Positions 28,433-37,364 of a DNA stretch of 64,000 nucleotides are shown one piece after another. Under the pieces are notes generated by a model, which saw only the letters and a program-made list of their open reading frames with translations, had not been told where the DNA came from and did not search any database. The DNA is from Bdellovibrio sp. (GTDB taxonomy: Bacteria > Bdellovibrionota > Bdellovibrionia > Bdellovibrionales > Bdellovibrionaceae), in NCBI GenBank assembly GCA_036676395.1, contig JAKFCY010000002.1, positions 2,464,001 to 2,528,000 of the forward strand. The letters are read 5' to 3'. The number at the start of each line of letters is the position of its first letter. Position 1 is the stretch's first letter. Made by a program: the position numbers and the translations under genes.

Positions 28433-29749
28433 TTAGTCTACTTTTTTAAGTGCTGGTTTATTCTCTTCTTGTAATTCTAAGTTAGCCATCGCTAATCGCA
28501 GCGCTCGTGTAGTACGTTTGAACGACTCTTGATTAGTATCAATAACCTTATTCAATTCTACACACTTCTGACGGTAGCTTTCAACTTCCAGTTGAACTTG
28601 ATCTAATTTACGACGTACATCAAGGATTTGTTCGTCTTTAGTCTTAACTAACGCATTCTTTTCTGCACGAATTAACTCTAGACGATTTTCTAGTTCGCGC
28701 TCACGCACGCGAATTTTCTTTAAATCAAATTTCATTCTTGACTCAAGCTCTTCGATTTTCATCGACGCTTTGACGATCTCGGCATCTTTACGCATGATCT
28801 GGCTTTTTAAAATGCCATTTTCATTTTTGAATGATTGCTCTAATGAGTCACGATCAGCTTTAAATTCATGTAACTGACCCGTTAATAAATCTGCGCGCTC
28901 TTTTACGATTTCAGACGCAGCGATTAATTCTTCATTTTGTGAACGTAATTTTTCATTGTCTTTTTCTAAATCTAAAATCTTTTCTTGCGCGATACGTAAA
29001 TTTTCTGACTGCGCTAAGTTTGAATCTGAAGATCCCCACGCCGCATAACCACTCGAAAAGGCATTGCCGCGCATTTGTCCGACAGAAACTTTGACTTTAT
29101 CACCGTAATCTTCAGACGCACGCTGAGAAAACCCTGCAACAGCAACTGTCTTTTCACCATCACCGCTATCAACATTACCAAAATCTTCCATCGCTGGCGG
29201 CATATCAGATTGAATTTCTGTTGCTGCTGTTTTTTCATCTGCACCCAAACTTGAATAATCGGAACGTTGCGGGTCGGCACCTGAACCAAATAAACTTGGT
29301 TCGCTACCTGGTAAAGCCGTCGGAGGCTGTGGTACAACTTCAGGTGCTGCAGCTGCCGCAATTGCATCCTCATTATCAAATAAGCTGACTTCTTTTTTTG
29401 GAGTTTCAGGAGTTTGAAATTGTGCGAAAGCATTCGCATCAGGCTCAGCTGGTACTTCGAAGATATCGCCAACGATGCCTTCTAAAGAATCTTCATTATC
29501 TAAATTAATATTAATTGCGTCAGGAGAAAACAACCCTGAAATCGAGCCATCTTCAAGTTGAATAATATTTTCTTCGCCATCTTCTGATGCCGAAATATTT
29601 TTTAATAAATCAGGATCTAAACCTAAATCATTGCCGAAAGAATCATCCGAGATGGCTTTATCGACATCTTTTAAATCTTCCATCAACGATGATAGAATAT
29701 CATCCGCTGTTTGCGATTTTTCTTGTTTCGGTTTTTGGCTTTTGCTCAT
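28433..29749 (-). CDS. Acidic disordered N-terminus plus long C-terminal coiled-coil protein
   Basis: D/E/P-rich first half, heptad-rich second half; sigma28-like promoter upstream. Confidence 0.7.
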   Translation of the reverse strand: MSKSQKPKQEKSQTADDILSSLMEDLKDVDKAISDDSFGNDLGLDPDLLKNISASEDGEENIIQLEDGSISGLFSPDAININLDNEDSLEGIVGDIFEVPAEPDANAFAQFQTPETPKKEVSLFDNEDAIAAAAAPEVVPQPPTALPGSEPSLFGSGADPQRSDYSSLGADEKTAATEIQSDMPPAMEDFGNVDSGDGEKTVAVAGFSQRASEDYGDKVKVSVGQMRGNAFSSGYAAWGSSDSNLAQSENLRIAQEKILDLEKDNEKLRSQNEELIAASEIVKERADLLTGQLHEFKADRDSLEQSFKNENGILKSQIMRKDAEIVKASMKIEELESRMKFDLKKIRVRERELENRLELIRAEKNALVKTKDEQILDVRRKLDQVQLEVESYRQKCVELNKVIDTNQESFKRTTRALRLAMANLELQEENKPALKKVD

Positions 29750-29780
29750 CTTGACCTAACCCGTTAAATTACCTAAGTAT

Positions 29781-29807
29781 TTATCGGTCTAAAGACGAGC
29801 GAACTAG
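29781..29807 (-). promoter_or_regulatory. sigma28-type promoter
   Basis: Minus strand CTAG-N15-ACCGATAA. Confidence 0.5.
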
Positions 29808-29925
29808 AGTGATCTTGTATCAAAATGTTAAATCAGCAAAAATCGCTGAAGAGTGTCTTAGAATGAGATTATTTTAGACTGAAGTCGTGAAATATCAAAC
29901 AGGTCCTGCTAGCTGCCGACTGAGC

Positions 29926-29949
29926 TCTGCTCCATCAACTTGAAGCAGA
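29926..29949. promoter_or_regulatory. Palindromic box TGCTCCA-N6-TGAAGCA
   Basis: TCTGCTCCA TCAACT TGAAGCAGA, one mismatch; same geometry as 7587, 30820 and 34596. Confidence 0.45.
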
Positions 29950-30028
29950 ACCTACAAAGCAAGGCTTAACTAAACAAAACACATGGCGATAAGTAATTAC
30001 ATTCAAATAAAGACACAGCGTCTTCACA

Positions 30029-30736
30029 CTAAGGGGAGGTTACGAAAGTAATCTCCCTTTTTTTCATTTCATTTTGTAAAACAAAATATTTAACTTCATT
30101 GTATTCTTTCTTAGACATTCTATTAAATTCGCCAGAAATAATATAAGCATTAAAGTATCTGACACTATCTGAAGTTTTAATGTTTGGGGTAGCGTGAAGA
30201 ACAAATCTGTATAAAACTTCGTGTAAAATCGCATGGGCCTGATCAGCTTTAGTCATCAATAGCCACAAATCAGTTGAGATAAGGTATCGCTTATCTTTTA
30301 CTGTGATAGGTTCTGTTTGTATAACCAATTGTTTTAGTTCTGAAGAATACGGAATAAAAGAAATGCCTGTATCCGGCACCGGCAACAAAACAATTCCCGA
30401 AACAAAGTTTGCTTCGGCTTCAAAGTCTTCAACAAATCCAGTTAGCTCAGCAGCAAGCTCAAGATCATGTTTTTTTACAGAGTCTAAAAGTTGAACCGCG
30501 TAATCGACTGCCGAAGCTGGCTCAACGAAATTATCTGCCATCGAAAGAGGCTTCATTTGATAGCGAATGTCTGCCTCATAAGTATCATAGAAAGCTCCTG
30601 CATAGCCCTGGCGGCCATAACAGTGGCCTGATTCGGGCTTTAGGCAAACGATGATGTTTCCACCATTACCAACACGGCCTATTGCTGCAAGATCTAATGA
30701 AAATAAAAGCACTAAAATAAATAGTTTTTTAAACAT
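30029..30736 (-). CDS. Secreted hypothetical protein with VGNGG motif and HExxY degenerate zincin-like motif
   Basis: Signal peptide, GRVGNGG immediately after it, AILHEVLYR. Confidence 0.7.
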   Translation of the reverse strand: MFKKLFILVLLFSLDLAAIGRVGNGGNIIVCLKPESGHCYGRQGYAGAFYDTYEADIRYQMKPLSMADNFVEPASAVDYAVQLLDSVKKHDLELAAELTGFVEDFEAEANFVSGIVLLPVPDTGISFIPYSSELKQLVIQTEPITVKDKRYLISTDLWLLMTKADQAHAILHEVLYRFVLHATPNIKTSDSVRYFNAYIISGEFNRMSKKEYNEVKYFVLQNEMKKREITFVTSP

Positions 30737-30819
30737 GCTTTATTTACTAATACTTTTTTTTGACAATCAAACATTAACTAAAAAATTTTAAGCTTTATTT
30801 TCTAGAACATTTACTCGCT

Positions 30820-30839
30820 TGCTCCACTTTTAAGGAGCG
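30820..30839. promoter_or_regulatory. Palindromic box TGCTCCA-N6-AGGAGCG in the divergent region next to the TIGR02147 gene
   Basis: GCTCC(30821-30825)-N8-GGAGC(30834-30838). Confidence 0.5.
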
Positions 30840-30892
30840 CCTGCATTTCCTTTTGACAGCGCACAGACAATATCAATACCCTTAAGTTATCA

Positions 30893-31648
30893 ATGAAGAA
30901 TAATCTCCTAATTAAAATAGTTAATGATCACTTTCAAAAGCTTTCTAACAAAAACAAACGTTTTAGCAAACGTTCGTTTGCCTTAAAGATCGGTCTTAGC
31001 TCTGGGGCTTTAACCGACTTTCTTTCTGGCAAACGTGGTATTTCCAAAAAGAAAGCTCAAGAAGTTCTTGAAAAAATCGGCTACTCTGAAAAAGAACAAC
31101 TGCAGATTTTAAATTATAATCCACTACTTACCGAGTCGAAACCACGCGCATTCAAAAAAATAGAGCACGATATCTTTGATGTGCTTTTATCTTGGGAGCA
31201 CTTAGCTATTCTATCCTTAACTAAAACTAAAAATTTTAATTCATCAGCGCACTGGATTGCTAAAAAACTTTCATTAGAGATCGAAGTGGTTGAAAAAGCC
31301 TTACTTAACCTTGAAAATCACAACTTAATCAAACGCGACAATGAAACAATCACCATTAATAACGAAGACGTCGAAACTTTTGATAATATTCCTTCAGCTG
31401 CCATCAAAAAATCGCATCTGCAAGATCTTGAAATTCATAAAAGGAATTTAGCCGAAATACCCGTCGAACTACGCGATATGTCTTCAATCACGTTATCTTT
31501 AGATGTGCAGCAAATGGAACTATTAAGATCAGCGATTCGTCTTTTTCAGGAACAAGTCGCTGAAATAGCAGAAACCAGCAATGCCACAGAGGTCTATAAG
31601 ATGTCGATCTATCTAGGCCCCTTAAGTAACTTTAGTGTTTCAACTTGA
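30893..31648 (+). CDS. TIGR02147/DUF4423 family HTH protein
   Basis: N.RFSKRSFALKIGLSSGALTDFLSGKR HTH; WEHLAILSL, AIKKSH, RDMSSIT, EVYKMSIYLGPL. Confidence 0.85.
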   Translation: MKNNLLIKIVNDHFQKLSNKNKRFSKRSFALKIGLSSGALTDFLSGKRGISKKKAQEVLEKIGYSEKEQLQILNYNPLLTESKPRAFKKIEHDIFDVLLSWEHLAILSLTKTKNFNSSAHWIAKKLSLEIEVVEKALLNLENHNLIKRDNETITINNEDVETFDNIPSAAIKKSHLQDLEIHKRNLAEIPVELRDMSSITLSLDVQQMELLRSAIRLFQEQVAEIAETSNATEVYKMSIYLGPLSNFSVST

Positions 31649-31716
31649 GAATGGTTTTTAATAAATCCCACCTTAAGGCCATCCTGCCTTAAACTGAATT
31701 CGCGGGGATATTATAC

Positions 31717-32367
31717 ATGAAATCAATTTTAGCAATTGCTATTGCTTCTCTTTTTTCAATTCAAAGCCCGGCTCAAAGTGGCGGAAGCGGCCGGATAAAC
31801 CACGAGACTATAATTCACCTGGCTGTAAAATCAAAATGTAAGGCCTCGGTCTTAAGCGTTAGATGCGCAGGTGGAATCAAATTCGACGAACTGAAATTAA
31901 CTGGGTGGAAAAAAGATGCTGTCCTTGCAAATTATTATGAATACACCGGTGCTGTTGAGCCTGATTTATTTAATTCACATCACGATAAAAGAAATGCTTT
32001 TTTAAAAACTGCCTGCGTAAGTGATCACTATGAAGTCGACAATTGGCGCGAAATTTTCACCTGCGTTGAAGATGGCAAAAAACAAGAAATCAAATTTGAA
32101 CTCCACCCAAAAGATGGCGGTTACAGCCTGGTTTGCGATGCCGAAGGTGGCAAAGCTTGGCTTAAGCTGATTTACCCAAAGGCCACTTGGGAAGAGGCCC
32201 CGAAGACACCACATTATTACACGTTCTATGGTTTTGCAGAAGATAAGCGTAAAGAGCTCGGTGAATTTATACGACAAAGTGTTGTAAATCCGCCAGCTGG
32301 TTGCCGACGACTTGATTGTCCGCTAAATGTACCTCTGCCGGATGGTTGCGAACGAGAGAAGCCGTAA
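31717..32367 (+). CDS. Secreted Cys-containing hypothetical protein
   Basis: GGGGA SD, signal peptide, 216-aa ORF. Confidence 0.6.
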   Translation: MKSILAIAIASLFSIQSPAQSGGSGRINHETIIHLAVKSKCKASVLSVRCAGGIKFDELKLTGWKKDAVLANYYEYTGAVEPDLFNSHHDKRNAFLKTACVSDHYEVDNWREIFTCVEDGKKQEIKFELHPKDGGYSLVCDAEGGKAWLKLIYPKATWEEAPKTPHYYTFYGFAEDKRKELGEFIRQSVVNPPAGCRRLDCPLNVPLPDGCEREKP

Positions 32368-32392
32368 ATATGGCTTCTCTGTCACAAGAAAA

Positions 32393-33316
32393 TTAAACAG
32401 TGATCATTTTAACAAGCTCAGCATTCATCTTAGCGTAAGATGTTTTATCAATCTTAGCTAAAGCTTTAAGACTGAAATCCTGGATAGTTTGCGAAGACAT
32501 AACTGTTCCCGCAAGAGTTGCTTGTTTTAACTCTGTCCAAGTTGGTTTTTGATCTTGGCCAGCAGGACGTAAACTTGCTAAGTAACCAAAAAAGCCACCC
32601 GCGAAACTGTCGCCAGCTCCTGTAGGGTCCACAACTTTTTCAACAGGTAAAGCTGGACATTGAAAGAAGCCATGAGTTTTTGAATAAACTGTTGAGCCGT
32701 ACTCACCACGTTTAACAACAACGTACTCAGGACCAAGTTCAGCAACTTTTTTGATCGCAACAATAGCGTTATCAACTTGAGTTAACATTTTCGCTTCTGT
32801 TTCATTAACGAAAACGATATCAACTTTTTTAATCACTTCAATTAAATCAGACTGTTTAGAGTTGATCCAAAAGTTCATTGAATCCATTCCTACGAAAACC
32901 GGATTTTGGATTTGCGCTAAAACTTTTAATTGTAAAACCGGATCGATATTAGCTAAGAAAACAAAGCGCGTGCCTTTGTATTTCGCAGGTAATTCGGGAT
33001 TAAAATCAGCAAAAACGTTTAATTCTGTTTTTAATGTAACGGCTTCATTTAAATTATTTTCGTAAGTGCCTTCCCAGTGAAAAGTCTTACCTGGAACAAC
33101 TTGCATACCGTCTAAATCAACGCCACGTGAATTTAAAATTTCACGATCAGCATCTGAATAATCAGAACCAACAACGCCAACAACTTGAACTTTAGCAAAT
33201 AAACTAGACGAAACTGAAAAGTAATTCGCTGAACCGCCTAAAGATCTTTCTGCTTTTCCTGTTGGTGTTTTTACTGAATCATAGGCTAGGCTGCCCACTA
33301 CTAAAACTTCTGACAT
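32393..33316 (-). CDS. PfkB-family carbohydrate kinase
   Basis: GSLAYD, GGSANY, VDPTGAGDSFAGG; ATG 33316 with GGAGGA SD. Confidence 0.92.
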   Translation of the reverse strand: MSEVLVVGSLAYDSVKTPTGKAERSLGGSANYFSVSSSLFAKVQVVGVVGSDYSDADREILNSRGVDLDGMQVVPGKTFHWEGTYENNLNEAVTLKTELNVFADFNPELPAKYKGTRFVFLANIDPVLQLKVLAQIQNPVFVGMDSMNFWINSKQSDLIEVIKKVDIVFVNETEAKMLTQVDNAIVAIKKVAELGPEYVVVKRGEYGSTVYSKTHGFFQCPALPVEKVVDPTGAGDSFAGGFFGYLASLRPAGQDQKPTWTELKQATLAGTVMSSQTIQDFSLKALAKIDKTSYAKMNAELVKMITV

Positions 33317-34457
33317 TCGTTCCTCCGATTTTTGAATTTGAAGTATCCATTCTTTCAGGACGTTCAATATTTTTTGTAGTTAATTGACCACAAGCTGCGA
33401 AAATATCGCGACCCATAGTACGGCGTAATAACGTCTGCGCTCCAAGTTTTTGTGTCTCAGCGTGAAAAGCTTGAACAGCTTCATCACTTGGACGTTCAAA
33501 GTCAGAACCCGGATGTTCATTAAATGGAATAAGATTAATTTTGCATGGAACATCTCGCAAAAGTTTAACTAATTGGCGCGCGTGATCGATTTGATCAGTC
33601 ACACCTTTTAATAAAACGTACTCCATCGTGATTTTCTCACCCGTTGCACGGTAATAACGTTTACATTCTTCTAAAAGATCTTTTAACGGATATTTTTTGT
33701 TAATTGGCATAACTTGCGAACGCACTTCATCACTATAAGCATTTAAACTTACTGCTAAACGCACTTTCGCTTCAGCCACTTTATACATTTCAGGAATTAA
33801 ACCTGATGTTGATACCGTAATTTTTTTACGAGATAAATTCACACCCCATGGCGAATGAATCACTTCGATAGATTTAAACACGTTATCTGAATTATCTAAT
33901 GGTTCGCCCATGCCCATGAATACGATATTTGATAATTTGCGGCCTTGGCCTTCGCGCGCTAGTGAATCTTGCACCACCATAAATTGACCAACGATTTCGT
34001 CAGCCGTTAAGCGACGTTTTAAATTTTGTTTGCCGGTAAAACAAAATTTGCAGGCCATGTTACAGCCAATTTCTGAAGATACACATAAAGTTAAACGGTC
34101 GTCTGAAGGAATCACAACCGCTTCGATTGAATTGCCTTGGCCCACATCAAATAAGAATTTTTGCGTGCCATCAACACTGATTAAATGTTTGATTACTGGA
34201 GGTAAGTTAAAAGAAATTAAGTGTTTTAATTCTGCACGTAAATCTTTTGATAGATTTAACATTTGATCAAAATCAGTTACGCGCGATTCGTAAACCCATT
34301 TAAATATCTGCTGGGCACGAAATTTTTCTTTGCCGTATTTTTTTAGAAAAGCTTCAAGATCTGGAAGCGTAAAAGAATAAAAGTTAGTTAATACAGGTGT
34401 AACAACAGTTGTGTTGTCCACAGCGTTAGCTGCTTGCGAAGTTTCAGATAGCGTCAT
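33279..34457 (-). CDS. rlmN: 23S rRNA/tRNA m2A methyltransferase RlmN
   Basis: CNMACKFC, MGMGEP, INLIPFN, DIFAACGQL. Confidence 0.96.
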   Translation of the reverse strand: MTLSETSQAANAVDNTTVVTPVLTNFYSFTLPDLEAFLKKYGKEKFRAQQIFKWVYESRVTDFDQMLNLSKDLRAELKHLISFNLPPVIKHLISVDGTQKFLFDVGQGNSIEAVVIPSDDRLTLCVSSEIGCNMACKFCFTGKQNLKRRLTADEIVGQFMVVQDSLAREGQGRKLSNIVFMGMGEPLDNSDNVFKSIEVIHSPWGVNLSRKKITVSTSGLIPEMYKVAEAKVRLAVSLNAYSDEVRSQVMPINKKYPLKDLLEECKRYYRATGEKITMEYVLLKGVTDQIDHARQLVKLLRDVPCKINLIPFNEHPGSDFERPSDEAVQAFHAETQKLGAQTLLRRTMGRDIFAACGQLTTKNIERPERMDTSNSKIGGTNVRSFSSGQPSL

Positions 34458-34595
34458 TGGCCGTCCTTTTTGTGACTTATTACAGTCGATTAATTTTGAG
34501 AACCTAGAGATAGTCGAACAAGACGTAAAAGTCTATAACTAGCTGCTTTTAAACCTAAATCCACGGATTTTGCCTGTAAAAATTTTGCTTGCCTT

Positions 34596-34625
34596 TGTTC
34601 CAAATGCTTGGAACACTTTGTTCCA
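34596..34625. promoter_or_regulatory. Palindromic box TGTTCCA-N6-TGGAACA plus a third half-site
   Basis: TGTTCCA(34596-34602) AATGCT TGGAACA(34609-34615); TGTTCCA again at 34619-34625. Confidence 0.6.
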
Positions 34626-34710
34626 AAATCTGTAGACTTAGACCATAAACTTGTTTAATTCTAGTTTCAGGCAGCAAGATACTCTTTCTGCCTAAACCAA
34701 GGGGATTTAA

Positions 34711-35331
34711 ATGAAAACACTACTTTTAGCTCTTATCTTCAACATGGCAGCTCTACTTTTCTTCTCAACCGCTTTCGCACAGGCTGGCCAAATCATTGCC
34801 GGCGGTAACGGCTGCCCCAACGGCGATATCCAAATTGAACAAGACGAATTCGATCCTGAATCACTGGTTGTAAAATACTCTGATCAAATGCAAGCAGGCG
34901 CTGATTCTTCTAAACGTTTAGAAAGAAAAAGCTGCAATCTAAGAATTCCGTTAGATATCCCTAAAGGCTTACGCCTAACAGTTGAAGTGGCGACAATTGG
35001 TTTTGCTTCTGTTGACCGCGACCGTGTGTCAGCTAGCCAAGAATTATTCTTAGCCGGTGATCAAGGCATCGTTGATGAACAACAACTTGAATCAGGTTAT
35101 GTGTTATTAGGAATTCCTGCTGGCCAAGTGGTGCAAACGGCTTGTGGCCAATCAACGATTTTAGCTCTTAACTTAAACGGCACTGTGATTAAAAAAGCAC
35201 AAAGCTTAACTGATTCATTCTTATCGTTTGAAAAAACAGTTTTGCGTTTTCACTGGGAGCAATGTGACCTTCCAGATGATGGAAATGACGACGGAACAAT
35301 CGGTTTAAGCGGTTTACAAATTGCACAGTAA
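34711..35331 (+). CDS. Secreted DUF4360-like protein
   Basis: Signal peptide; GNGCP..RKSCNLRIP..P.G..T.CG...W..C pattern. Confidence 0.7.
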   Translation: MKTLLLALIFNMAALLFFSTAFAQAGQIIAGGNGCPNGDIQIEQDEFDPESLVVKYSDQMQAGADSSKRLERKSCNLRIPLDIPKGLRLTVEVATIGFASVDRDRVSASQELFLAGDQGIVDEQQLESGYVLLGIPAGQVVQTACGQSTILALNLNGTVIKKAQSLTDSFLSFEKTVLRFHWEQCDLPDDGNDDGTIGLSGLQIAQ

Positions 35332-35380
35332 GCATTAGTTACAGCCTTCGGGCGCAAAATGTAACCAGAAGGGAGCGGAT

Positions 35381-36202
35381 ATGACTGAACAATTAGCCAT
35401 ACAAGATAAAATTCGCTCTCACTTTGCTAACCTTCAAAGAAAAAATCCAGCCTTCTCGCTTCGAGCCTTCGCTTTAAAATTGGACATCAGCCCAAGTGCT
35501 TTAAGCGAGATCATGGCTGGTAAACGTAAAGTTTCTAAAAAAATGGCGGTTAAACTTTTAGACCGTATGTATCTTGACCCTAAAGAAGCCGAAGCCATCA
35601 AACTTTTATTCGATGGCAAAGGTAACGGTCATGACCAAGAAGCCGATTCTGAAAAAGGTCTCTTACAAAAATACAAAAAAAATATCAATTACCTAAAATT
35701 AAGCTCAGACCAATTTAACATGATCAGCGAATGGCAACATTTCGCTTTGTTGTCGTTAATGGAGACCGTGAACTTTGTTTCTGATATTCCGTGGATGGCA
35801 AAACGTTTAGCTTTATCAGTGACTGATGTGCAAAAAACTCTGACTCGCCTGACAGATCTAAATTTAGTTTCTAGAAAATATAACCGCTACGCACCAACGA
35901 ACGAACCATTAATCACATCCGACGATGTAGCTAACCAAGCCGTGCGCAAATCGCATTATGAAGATTTAAAGCTAGCTGAAAAAGTTTTAGACCACTGCCC
36001 TGTTGAATTACGTGATTTCACGGCTGTTACTGTAGCTGTTGATAAAAGTAAAATTCCTGAAGCTAAAAAGATGATTCGTGAATTTCAGGATTCGCTGTCA
36101 CAATTTTTAGAAGATGGCAAAAAAGATGAAGTTTATAAATTAACGTTTTACATGTACCCGCTCTCGACCTCTGAAACACCAGGAGAAACCAATGAGAACT
36201 AA
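35381..36202 (+). CDS. TIGR02147/DUF4423 family HTH protein
   Basis: KNPAFSLRAFALKLDISPSALSEIMAGKR; WQHFALLSL, AVRKSH, RDFTAVT, EVYKLTFYMYPL. Confidence 0.88.
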   Translation: MTEQLAIQDKIRSHFANLQRKNPAFSLRAFALKLDISPSALSEIMAGKRKVSKKMAVKLLDRMYLDPKEAEAIKLLFDGKGNGHDQEADSEKGLLQKYKKNINYLKLSSDQFNMISEWQHFALLSLMETVNFVSDIPWMAKRLALSVTDVQKTLTRLTDLNLVSRKYNRYAPTNEPLITSDDVANQAVRKSHYEDLKLAEKVLDHCPVELRDFTAVTVAVDKSKIPEAKKMIREFQDSLSQFLEDGKKDEVYKLTFYMYPLSTSETPGETNEN

Positions 36203-37364
36203 CCACCTACACCTACTTGTAATCGGCCTATGTTTTAGCGTATCCGCAAACGCGCTAAATCTACTTAAAGCCTTAGAAGTTAAACTTCCGCAAGTGATTC
36301 AAGTCGGCAACAGAACCGTAACGATTCCTGGAAGCATTTCTTTAGTTAAGCTTTTAGATGGCCGCTACGCGGTTGAAAACAAGTTCAGCACCGAAGGCCA
36401 CAAGGTCGGCAACGGTGGCGATTATATTCGTTCGGTATTTATCCAGATGGGTGAAAACGTAAATGAGTATTTAGAAACAACTGAAGCTGGAAGCCAAATT
36501 GTAACAACTCATAATTTAGACCTAGTCAGTCTTAAGACAACTTTAACAACTGAAAGTATTGTTTTAACAAATGATATCTTAATCGATAACACAGGTTCAG
36601 TAGTTGATGCGATCGGTGTTCCAGGGTTAATTATTTTAAACAGTGCTAGCTGGTTAGATCATTTCGAAAAAGAAAGAAATGTTTATTACCTGGTATTGCA
36701 CGAAATGTTACGCAGCAGTGCTGTGGATGATGATGATTTCGTAATTTCTAAAAATATCTTTAATTTTCCGAGCCAATTTAAAATGTCGACGCGTTTATTA
36801 CCGTTAATTCCGATGTTAGAAGCTGATTCAATCACAGAACTTGTGACTTTAGATAAAATCACAGTCTTAGGCACAGGTTGTTCAAACAAGTCACCTGCTT
36901 ACACTGAACTTGATTTAACTAAAAATGTTATTGATATCACATTGAAAAGTTTTATCACGGTAAACTCTGATGCACGTAAAATGGATTACAAATCTTGTAA
37001 TGTAACGGTTCCGTTAAAATTACCTGCTGGAAAACGTTTAACGATTTCATTAATCGATGTCTCTGGCGAAGTTAGACCACAAGCTGCTGATTTAAAATCA
37101 ACAAGTACATTAAAATTTGAAGCATTCTTAGCTGGTAGCACGGGCAAGCTTAATGCAAAAGTCGTGACTTTAGGTTCTGAAGCGCGCACGGTTTTATTTA
37201 GAAAAACTGATGCGATCACAACAGGCTGTGGAACTTCTGAAATTTTACGTTTAAATGTGAATAATGCACTATCTTCAAAAGGCACAGCCGCAGAAGGTTT
37301 AACCAACCAATCCCAAGTGAAAAAGATTTCAGTTTATTTAAATCTTGAAGACTGTAAGAACTAA
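36192..37364 (+). CDS. Secreted fusion of a VGNGG/HE domain and a C-terminal DUF4360-like domain
   Basis: Signal peptide; KVGNGGD; LVLHEMLR; GTGC..KSCNVTVP..P.G..TGCG..C. Confidence 0.7.
   Translation: MRTNHLHLLVIGLCFSVSANALNLLKALEVKLPQVIQVGNRTVTIPGSISLVKLLDGRYAVENKFSTEGHKVGNGGDYIRSVFIQMGENVNEYLETTEAGSQIVTTHNLDLVSLKTTLTTESIVLTNDILIDNTGSVVDAIGVPGLIILNSASWLDHFEKERNVYYLVLHEMLRSSAVDDDDFVISKNIFNFPSQFKMSTRLLPLIPMLEADSITELVTLDKITVLGTGCSNKSPAYTELDLTKNVIDITLKSFITVNSDARKMDYKSCNVTVPLKLPAGKRLTISLIDVSGEVRPQAADLKSTSTLKFEAFLAGSTGKLNAKVVTLGSEARTVLFRKTDAITTGCGTSEILRLNVNNALSSKGTAAEGLTNQSQVKKISVYLNLEDCKN

Noticed and set aside
29900..32370. Mobile element or genomic island around TIGR02147 locus 1
   Set aside because: Looks AT-richer by eye, but no recombinase, tRNA site or flanking direct repeats were found.
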